This document shows, piece by piece, positions 8,279 through 15,474 of a stretch of 15,474 nt of DNA. This DNA comes from a virus. The notes under the pieces were generated by a model. That model was not told the origin of the DNA. It ran no database searches and was given only the letters and a program-made list of their open reading frames with translations. Positions within the stretch are counted from its first letter, which is position 1. Each line of letters begins with the position of its first letter. A program made the translations under genes and the position numbers. The stretch spans positions 1 through 15,474 of the IMG/VR virus record IMGVR_UViG_3300029851_000043. One strand, written 5' to 3'.

Positions 8279-8294
8279 AAAGGAGAAAATAAAA

Positions 8295-8621
8295 ATGATA
8301 GAAAAAGAATTTGAAAAAATCACAAAGTCAATTCAAGATAAACTTGGAAAAGAAAACACAAGTTTAATTGCAGATGACCTTGGAAAATTAATTACAGACA
8401 ACGCAACTATGAATAAAGATTTAAAGGTGCGTGATGAAAGAATTTCAAAATTAGAACAAGACAAGGAAGCGCTTATTACTTCAAACGGAAATTTACTTCA
8501 ACAAGTTGCAATGGGTGATGAAGGTGGACTTATAAATAAAAATGAACCAAAAGAAGATGAACCACCAAAACCATTTGATTATAGAAGTGTTTTTGATGAA
8601 AAAGGAAATTTTAAAAGATAA
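8295..8621 (+). CDS. Head scaffolding protein (phi29 gp7-like)
   Basis: 108 aa, coiled-coil with LEQDKEALITSNGNLLQQVAMGDE (cf. phi29 gp7 ..[23 protein letters not shown]); directly upstream of the MCP. Confidence 0.8.
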   Translation: MIEKEFEKITKSIQDKLGKENTSLIADDLGKLITDNATMNKDLKVRDERISKLEQDKEALITSNGNLLQQVAMGDEGGLINKNEPKEDEPPKPFDYRSVFDEKGNFKR

Positions 8622-8622
8622 G

Positions 8623-8651
8623 TTGACAAAAATTTGTTTTTGTTATATTAT
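8623..8651 (+). promoter_or_regulatory. Strong sigmaA-type promoter for the capsid gene
   Basis: TTGACA (8623-8628), 17-bp spacer, TATTAT (8646-8651), about 50 bp before the MCP start; SD gaaaggag. Confidence 0.8.
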
Positions 8652-8703
8652 TTTAGTATCAAATATTTTATTTTGAAATAAAATTGAAAGGAGATTTTTA
8701 AAA

Positions 8704-10027
8704 ATGGCAATTCCAGAAGGTTTAAGGACTTCCCTTAATTCAATAAGGGAAACAAGCATTCAGAACAATACACTTTATCACAGATATGTACCTGAAATTC
8801 TTCCAACAAGTGACATAGGAAGTTTTGCAAGTCCAATTCTTGATAATCCAAATGTTATGAATGAATTTATGAACGTTTTAGTTCAAAGAATAGTTTATAC
8901 ACAAGTTGATATAAAACTATTCAACAACCCTTTAAGAGTTCTTGAAGGTGATAGAATTCCTTTAGGTTCTATTGGTCAAGAAATATTTATTAATCCTGCA
9001 AGGGGTAGAAAATTCAACGTTGATGATTTTGCAGGGTTACTTGCAAAATATGAAGCAGACGTTAAGGTTCAATATCATCATTTAAACAGTGACCTTCAAT
9101 ATTGTGTAACAATAACAAGAGCAAAATTAAAAGACGCATTTGTTTCTTGGTCAACTCTTGAAAACTTTATTGACGGATTAACACAAAGTTTATATAATGG
9201 TGCATATATTGACCAATATAACATGACAAAAGGACTTGTTTCAAGTGCTTATGCTTCAAATCAAGTTCGTGTTGAAGTTATATCTAATCCAAATACAGAA
9301 GCGCTTGCAAAAGAATTTATTACAAAAGCAAGAACAATGTTCTTAAATATGCAAACACCTACACCAAACTTTAACGCATGGCGTCAAGTTGGTGGTTATG
9401 GACGTGACATATTAACATGGTCAAATCCAGAAGATATTGTTTTCTTAGTTCGTAATGATATAGGTGCATATTTAGATGTAAACGTTTTAGCACAGACATT
9501 TAATATTGACAGAAGTGTTTTACTTGGCAATATTATATATGTAAATGACTTTAATGAATACAATAATGAAGGAACTCTAATATTTGACGGTTCAAATATA
9601 GTTGGAATGATAGCAGACAAGTCTTGGTTTAGAATAAAAGAACAAGAAACAACAATGGACGAATTCTATAACGCGAACAACCGTACGTGGCAATATTACC
9701 TTAACTGTGTTCGTATGTACTCATATTCGTTATTCAGCAACCGGAGTGGTTTTTGCAACTGCACTTCCAAATGTTCCAGTAACAGAAATGAGTTTTGAAG
9801 AAACTGCACCAAAAGTTGCCGTTGGAAACAAAATTTTATTAAAGTTAGCAACTAAACCTACACAAACAACTAGCGAAATAACATTTACTTCGGGAACAAC
9901 AGCAAATGCTACTGTTAGAAAAGTAGACAATAACACAGTTGAAGTTACAGGAGTAAAAGCAGGAACTTCCGTAATAACTGCTACAAGTGGAAATGTGACA
10001 GGTACTGTTACAGTTACAGTTGAATGA
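8704..10027 (+). CDS. Major capsid protein with C-terminal BIG2-like Ig domain (about 440 aa), with a +1 shift at CGG 9742-9744
   Basis: phi29 gp8-like fold region, then ...WQYYLNCVRMYSYSLFSN-x-VVFATALPNVPVTEMSFEETAPKVAVGNKILLKLATKPTQTTSEITFTSGTTANATVRKVDNNTVEVTGVKAGTSVITATSGNVTGTVTVTVE*. 0-frame ends 9798; the +1 frame carries the Ig domain. Confidence 0.88.
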
Positions 10028-10052
10028 GAATAATAAAATATTCACCCCTAGA

Positions 10053-10090
10053 AAGGGAAGGAATTAAAAACTTCCTTCCCTTATTTTTAT
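10053..10090 (+). terminator. Rho-independent terminator after the MCP
   Basis: AAGGGAAGGAA-ttaaaaac-TTCCTTCCCTT, 11-bp perfect stem followed by atttttat. Confidence 0.85.
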
Positions 10091-10108
10091 AGAAAGGAGA
10101 AATTACAA

Positions 10109-11774
10109 ATGGCAATTTCACCACAAACTGATATACGTTTAATAAAATGCCCCTTAACATTAAGTAATAAAAACCAAATTACATTTTCAAATTTACAAGC
10201 ACAAGAACAATACTTTTTATCACTTCCATACACAGAAGATATAAATGCAAGTTATCAACGAAAAGATAATGCAATTCGTTTTAATAGACATATTGATAGC
10301 ATAATAACTTATGATTATTGTATGTATAAAAATGAAAATTATAGTAATAAATGGTTTTATGCTTTTATTACAGGAATGCGCTATATAAATGATAATTTAA
10401 CAGAAATTTCAATTGCAACGGACTGTTTTCAAACGTGGCAGTTTGATATTATTTACAAACAAAGTTTCATTGAACGTGAAATTGTTCCTGTTGCAGATGA
10501 TACACCACGGAAACTTTTTAATTCCCGAAGGTTTAGAATTTGGAGAATTAAAAGTTAAAGGAACGGCAGAATTTGATGAATTAGAACCTGCTTATGTTGT
10601 AGCATATACTGGAGACAGTTATCAAGTAGGAGATGACCCACCTGTTCAAATTAAGCAAGAAGGTTATAATTATAATGGTATTTATTCAAGCGTTACATTT
10701 GCAGTTGCAAATTCAAACGGTTTTAAAGTATTAATGGGAATTATGAATGAAAATGCAAACAGTGATAAGGTTTTAACTGTGTTCACTGTTCCACAACTTG
10801 CAGTTCAAAGTTTATTACCTAATGACCCACCAGGACAAACCACTTACAAATTTGAATTTGTACAACGTAATTTTACAGAATCACCAAAAATTAAAACTTT
10901 ACTTGCAAGAAGTGATTCTTTAGACGGCTACACACCACGAAATAAAAAATTATTAACTTACCCATATATTTATTTAGCATTTAACCCACAAAATGGAACA
11001 AAGAAAATTTATAGATATGAAGATTTTTTAAATGCAACACCTTCATTTAAAATAATGAGTGAAATAAATCCAAATCCAACTGTTCAATTTATACCACAAA
11101 ATTACAGGGGCGCAAGTGGTGACAGTTTAAGTGACAATGCTTCACTTAATGGTTACCCTACAATTTCCTTTAAAACAGATACATTTAATGTATGGCTTGC
11201 TCAAAATAATGATATTATTTCCTTACAAATGCAACAAGAAAATTACAATTATAATATTGACGCAATAAAAGGTGGCATGGGAATGGTTGGAGATATTGCA
11301 GGAATGCTTTCAGGTAACCCTTCTTCAATGGCAGGTGGTTTTACAGGTTATATTGATAAAAGCATTGAACTTATGCGTTTAGATAAGAACCATGAATTTT
11401 ATATAAAAAATCAAATGGCACAAATAGAAAAACAAGCAATGTTACCAGACAATGCAAGTTTATCTTCTTCAAATTCCACTTTACTTGGTTATAATATGAT
11501 TGACAAAAACATTTTTACACGTTATTCAATTAAAAAAGAATTTGCAGAACGTCTTGACAAATATTTTGACATGTATGGTTATACAATAAATACATTAAAA
11601 AATATAAATATTAATTCAAGACCTAATTGGAATTATATAAAAACACAAGGTGCAAATATTCTTGGAAATATTCCACAATATGATTTACAAACTATTAAAG
11701 AAATGTTTGACAATGGCATAACATTTTGGCACAACCCTGCAACATTTCTTGATTATTCACAAAATAATAGATAA
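10109..11774 (+). CDS. Distal tube / tail knob protein (phi29 gp9-like), about 554 aa, with a +1 shift at CGG 10508-10510
   Basis: ...FKRSFIERE-type motif YKQSFIEREIVPVADDTP then CGG-A then NFLIPEGLEFGELKVKGTAEFDELEPAYVV... The two track ORFs (10109-10558, 10413-11774) join exactly. Confidence 0.88.
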
Positions 11775-11792
11775 GAAAGGAGAAAATGAAAA

Positions 11793-12788
11793 ATGGGAAA
11801 ACGTAAAAATTTTATGCGTCACAATTACCAATTTGTTGATAATTTACTTGTAAATGACGCAACATTTATTGATTATCTTGAACGTTTTAAAAAAGTCGCA
11901 CTTTCCGTTTTTGAATGGGTGAACCTTCCAAAATCAATGAATGCAATGTGGCTTGAAAAATGTTTGTATTATAATGGTCAAGCAAGTCTTCTTAAAGACA
12001 AACGTTTTGGGTTTATTAATACAAATTGTTGCACAAATGGGGATTTAAATATTTACGGACTTCCTGTTAATTTAAATTGTTATTCATTTGGTTATGATAG
12101 CAACAGAAAATTATACACAGGATTAATTGAAGGACTTACAGACGCACAAAAAGAACAACGTGAATTTTACGAATGTATTCTTGTTCAAAATAACTGGGAT
12201 AGAACACCAACTGCAGGTTCAATGGAACTTTTTGCATTACGTTTATATGAAGCAGAAAGAACCGCAGACGTAAACATAAAAGCACAAAAAACACCAGTTC
12301 TTTTATTGGTAGATGAAACACAACGTTTAACAATGGAAAATATGTATTCACAATATGACGGAAATAAACCATTTATTTTTGGAGATAAGAAAAATTTAAA
12401 TCCAGACAGTTTACGTTCAATTAAAACAGAAGCACCTTTTATTGCAGATAAAATTATTGATTACAAAAAGGAAATTTGGAATGAAGCATTAACCTTTTTG
12501 GGAATTAATAATATAATGGTAGATAAGAAAGAACGTTTAATTACTGATGAAGCAAATTCAAACAATGAACTTATAAACTTAAATTTGCAAAGTTATCTTG
12601 CACCACGTCAAGAAGCATGTAGACAATTCAATGAAAAATTTGGTTTAACAGGTACAGACAAAGAAATTTCAGTTCGTGTTAGAAGTGACTTACACAATAT
12701 TATAAAAAATGCACAAAGTATTGTAAATGATTATAAAAAACTTGATGATATAGATAATCAAATAAACACGGAAGGCGGTGTTGAATAA
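11793..12788 (+). CDS. Portal / upper collar connector (phi29 gp10-like)
   Basis: SVFEWVNLPKSMNAMWLEKCLYYNG, NAQKTPVLLLVDETQRLTMENMYSQYDGNKPFIFGDKK...SIKTEAPFIADKI...WNEALTFLGINNIMVDKKERLITDEANSNNE. Confidence 0.93.
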   Translation: MGKRKNFMRHNYQFVDNLLVNDATFIDYLERFKKVALSVFEWVNLPKSMNAMWLEKCLYYNGQASLLKDKRFGFINTNCCTNGDLNIYGLPVNLNCYSFGYDSNRKLYTGLIEGLTDAQKEQREFYECILVQNNWDRTPTAGSMELFALRLYEAERTADVNIKAQKTPVLLLVDETQRLTMENMYSQYDGNKPFIFGDKKNLNPDSLRSIKTEAPFIADKIIDYKKEIWNEALTFLGINNIMVDKKERLITDEANSNNELINLNLQSYLAPRQEACRQFNEKFGLTGTDKEISVRVRSDLHNIIKNAQSIVNDYKKLDDIDNQINTEGGVE

Positions 12789-13474
12789 TGGCAAATTACA
12801 CAATTGAATTAAGGTGTGTTTGCGAGATATATGGCAGACAAGAAGTTGAAAATTGGTTCAAAGATTATAATATTTCAAATTATTTAACACCTTCACAAAT
12901 TGAACAAATTGAAAAATTTGGTGTGTGGTCAAAAGACCGCCTTGCAGAAAAAATTGTTGACCATTACTATATGCGTGAAATAGGTTTTGAAACACCAGCA
13001 TTATTTAAACATTATGCAAAAGTTACAATGCAAGAAATTATGGAAAGACAATTCCCAAAAATATACTCAAACTTTTTAGAATATGACCCCCTTTCAAACG
13101 TAGATTTTACAGAAACCTATACGCGTGAAATTGCAGGTTCAAGTGAAGGAAAATCAAATTCAAATTCTAAAAATAATGCAAGTGGTTTAAATATAAATAA
13201 CGATACACCACAAACAAGAATCACAAAACAAGATTTAAGCACAGGCGCTTATGCTTCACAAGTAAATCAAAGTGATACTGAAACAAATATTCAAGATGAA
13301 ACAAATGCAGAAAGTTCTTCAAATACAATAGAAAAATTTACACGTCATGAAGAAGGAGACAACGGTGTTATTATTACAAACCAACGTTTAGTAAAAGAAT
13401 TTAGAGAAATAATAGTTGCTATTGATGAAGAAATAATTAATGAACTTTCAAAATTGTTTATGGGTATTTATTAG
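12788..13474 (+). CDS. Lower collar / tail connector protein (phi29 gp11-like)
   Basis: Position after the portal, 228 aa, acidic; NPLSNVDFTETYTREI. Confidence 0.8.
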   Translation: MANYTIELRCVCEIYGRQEVENWFKDYNISNYLTPSQIEQIEKFGVWSKDRLAEKIVDHYYMREIGFETPALFKHYAKVTMQEIMERQFPKIYSNFLEYDPLSNVDFTETYTREIAGSSEGKSNSNSKNNASGLNINNDTPQTRITKQDLSTGAYASQVNQSDTETNIQDETNAESSSNTIEKFTRHEEGDNGVIITNQRLVKEFREIIVAIDEEIINELSKLFMGIY

Positions 13475-13489
13475 AAAGGAGATTTTAAA

Positions 13490-15391
13490 ATGAAAAATTT
13501 AATTAAACCTGCAAAGGTTCAAAATATTATAAATAAATTTTGTTATACTATTGGAATGATTCCAACAAGCTATAAAGTAAGTTTAACTTATGAAGAACAA
13601 ATTATTGCAATTGGACATTATCTTGAAGAAACAGTAATTCCAGCTTTAAATAATAATGCTGAAGCTGTTGCTGAATTACAAAGTTTATTTATTGAATTAA
13701 AAAATTATGTTGATAATTATTTTGATAATTTAGATGTACAAACAGAAATTAATAATAAACTAGACCAAATGGTTGCAGATGGAACACTTCCTAAAATTGT
13801 TGCATCATATTTAAATAGTAAAGCAATATTTGGATTTGATAATGTTGAATCAATGAAAAATGCAACCAATTTAATTAATGGAAGTTATGCAAAAACTCTT
13901 GGCTATTATTCAAAAAATGATGGTGGTGGTGCATTATATAAGATAACATCAGCCAAAAGTGAAACAGAATATCAAGAAACGTTAAATAATGAATTATATG
14001 CTACTTTAATAATAAATGATTCAATTAATGTTAAACAATTAGGTGCTTATGGTGATGGAACACATGACGATACTGAAATATTACAAAATATAATAAATAT
14101 GAATAAACCAATAATTTTTGATGATTCTACATATATGATTAATAAAAATGGATTACTTTTAATAAACAATACAACAATAACTTTTAACAATACGATTTTA
14201 AAAATGATTACTAATAATTCTTCAGGGTATAAGATTTTAAATATTAATAGATGTAATAATGTTAATATATTGGGTAATGCCTATTTAATAGGTGATAAGG
14301 AAACACATACAGGAGAAACAGGAGAATATGGACATTGTATTCAAATAATAGGTTCTTCAAATATTGTAATTGAAAATGTTGATTGCAGTTATGGTTGGGG
14401 AGATGGATTATTTTTAGGTAAAACCGATAATGATTTTATTATTCCTGAAAATATTACAATTAATAATTTAAATTGTCATCATAATAGTAGAAACGGTTTG
14501 TCAATTACATCAGGAAAAAATGTTATTATTAATAATTTAATAACACATCATAACACAAGAACAGCACCAAATGGTGGATTTGATATTGAACCAAATGATT
14601 CTAATGATATTATTGATGTTACATTAAATAATGTATATTCATACAATAATGGTAAATCAAATACATTCTATCAGGCTTTTATAAGTAATGCTTATACTGA
14701 TAATTACATTGTTAATATTGGAAATTTAAATATTAAGGGACAATTAAGTGTAACAGTAAAGAATGATAAATCAATTATAAATATTGATAATATTAATATT
14801 GATACAGTAACTAATCAAACAACAGGTCTTGTTTTAACTTGTCATGGTAAAATAAATATTAAAAATTTATATTCAAAATTAACAGAATCAATAAATTTAT
14901 TTATATATACAGTATATTTAAACGGTTTTATTAATAATTTACTTATTCAAAATAATGCTACATCAACGGAATTTATAACTAATACAAATAATATATTATT
15001 AACAATTGATAATCTTAATTTTAATGGAAATTATGTTAATGAATCTAGTACTAATAAAACAGATGTTAGAATTAATAATATTATTAAAAGAATTCAAGAA
15101 ATTAATAATACAGAAAATAGAACCATAAAAGCTTTTTCAACAAATATTAATATAAGTAATGAAATAAAATATATTTCTTATAATGATATTATGACATATG
15201 ATAATTATACTTTTTATGTAACTAATAGTAATACAGAAACAAATTGTACTGTTGCTTTAAATACTAAAAAATTCTTATATAATGGTAATTTATCAGCAAC
15301 AATTAGTTTACCTTATGGTAATATAATGAAAACACGATTCGATAAAAGTAGTAGTTTTTATGTAGTAGAATATTTAAGACCACTCACCTAA
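13490..15391 (+). CDS. Receptor-binding / pre-neck appendage-like protein with beta-helix (pectate-lyase-like) repeats
   Basis: N-terminal ...ALNNNAEAVAELQSLFIELKNYVDNYFDNLDVQTEINNKLDQMVADGTL; NVKQLGAYGDGTHDDTEILQNII typical of tailspike beta-helix entry; many NINN.. strands. Stop codon lies inside the right ITR. Confidence 0.85.
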   Translation: MKNLIKPAKVQNIINKFCYTIGMIPTSYKVSLTYEEQIIAIGHYLEETVIPALNNNAEAVAELQSLFIELKNYVDNYFDNLDVQTEINNKLDQMVADGTLPKIVASYLNSKAIFGFDNVESMKNATNLINGSYAKTLGYYSKNDGGGALYKITSAKSETEYQETLNNELYATLIINDSINVKQLGAYGDGTHDDTEILQNIINMNKPIIFDDSTYMINKNGLLLINNTTITFNNTILKMITNNSSGYKILNINRCNNVNILGNAYLIGDKETHTGETGEYGHCIQIIGSSNIVIENVDCSYGWGDGLFLGKTDNDFIIPENITINNLNCHHNSRNGLSITSGKNVIINNLITHHNTRTAPNGGFDIEPNDSNDIIDVTLNNVYSYNNGKSNTFYQAFISNAYTDNYIVNIGNLNIKGQLSVTVKNDKSIINIDNINIDTVTNQTTGLVLTCHGKINIKNLYSKLTESINLFIYTVYLNGFINNLLIQNNATSTEFITNTNNILLTIDNLNFNGNYVNESSTNKTDVRINNIIKRIQEINNTENRTIKAFSTNINISNEIKYISYNDIMTYDNYTFYVTNSNTETNCTVALNTKKFLYNGNLSATISLPYGNIMKTRFDKSSSFYVVEYLRPLT

Positions 15392-15474
15392 CACAATGAT
15401 GTTTAACGCAATGAAACGTTATAATTTTTGGAAGTTGTTTTTAGAAAATTTTAAAATAGGTAACGTCTATTTTG
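15376..15474 (-). repeat. Right inverted terminal repeat (ITR)
   Basis: Exact reverse complement of 1-99. Confidence 0.97.

Noticed and set aside
9742-9798. Isolated programmed frameshift limited to the capsid gene
   Set aside because: Possible in isolation, but the same rule applies at 10 other sites including non-structural genes.
9396-10045. Antisense ORFs (9396-9620, 9730-9936, 9845-10045) over the capsid gene
   Set aside because: Byproducts of the capsid coding sequence; the Cys/Ser-rich translation is the complement of the Thr/Val-rich Ig domain.
162-10511. Sequencing or assembly indel errors as the cause of the 11 frameshifts
   Set aside because: Errors would not be limited to one codon phase. 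All 11 sites are in-frame CGG, while about 30 out-of-phase CGG and many other CG contexts in the same genes are intact. Still needs read-level confirmation.
162-10511. Simple codon reassignment of CGG or stop-codon recoding
   Set aside because: Reassigning CGG as a triplet does not restore any frame. TAA, TAG and TGA all end genes sensibly, so stop recoding is not needed.
12136-12372. Antisense ORF inside portal gene
   Set aside because: Overlaps clear portal coding sequence; no support.
1-15474. CRISPR array, transposon, integrase, toxin-antitoxin or defence genes
   Set aside because: No spaced direct-repeat array, no transposase or integrase motifs, and no recognisable defence or toxin domains seen.

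Overview
The window looks like a nearly complete linear, protein-primed (phi29-like, podoviral) phage genome of about 15.5 kb. It is bounded by a perfect 99-bp inverted terminal repeat (1-99 / 15376-15474). Gene content: a leftward packaging ATPase; a rightward block of small early ORFs, an SSB-like protein, terminal protein and protein-primed DNA polymerase B; then holin, GH25 endolysin with two Cpl-7-like repeats, tail lysozyme, scaffold, major capsid protein with a BIG2-like C-terminus, distal tube protein, portal, lower collar, and a receptor-binding/appendage-like protein.

Main discovery candidate: core genes appear broken by frameshifts, but every break lies exactly at an in-frame CGG codon and is repaired by a +1 shift. 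I found 11 in-frame CGG codons: 6 in the ATPase and 1 each in an early gene, terminal protein, polymerase, capsid and distal tube. All 11 are followed by a +1 shift. About 30 out-of-phase CGG trinucleotides in the same genes (e.g. GAC GGT, ACG GAA) have no frame change, and I saw no CGG read as a normal triplet. The next base is always A or T. Alignment from memory to phi29 gp16 and phi29 DNA polymerase suggests C|GGN is read as glycine with the C skipped, at least at 4 sites. This points to a genome-wide non-triplet decoding rule (CGGN as a four-base unit, or very efficient +1 shifting at an unassigned CGG), not gene decay.

Second observation: the ATPase frame runs off the left end without a stop, and the ITR length of 99 equals a common assembler k-mer. 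The true ITR is therefore probably longer than shown.

All calls come from reading the sequence by hand; no database search was run.
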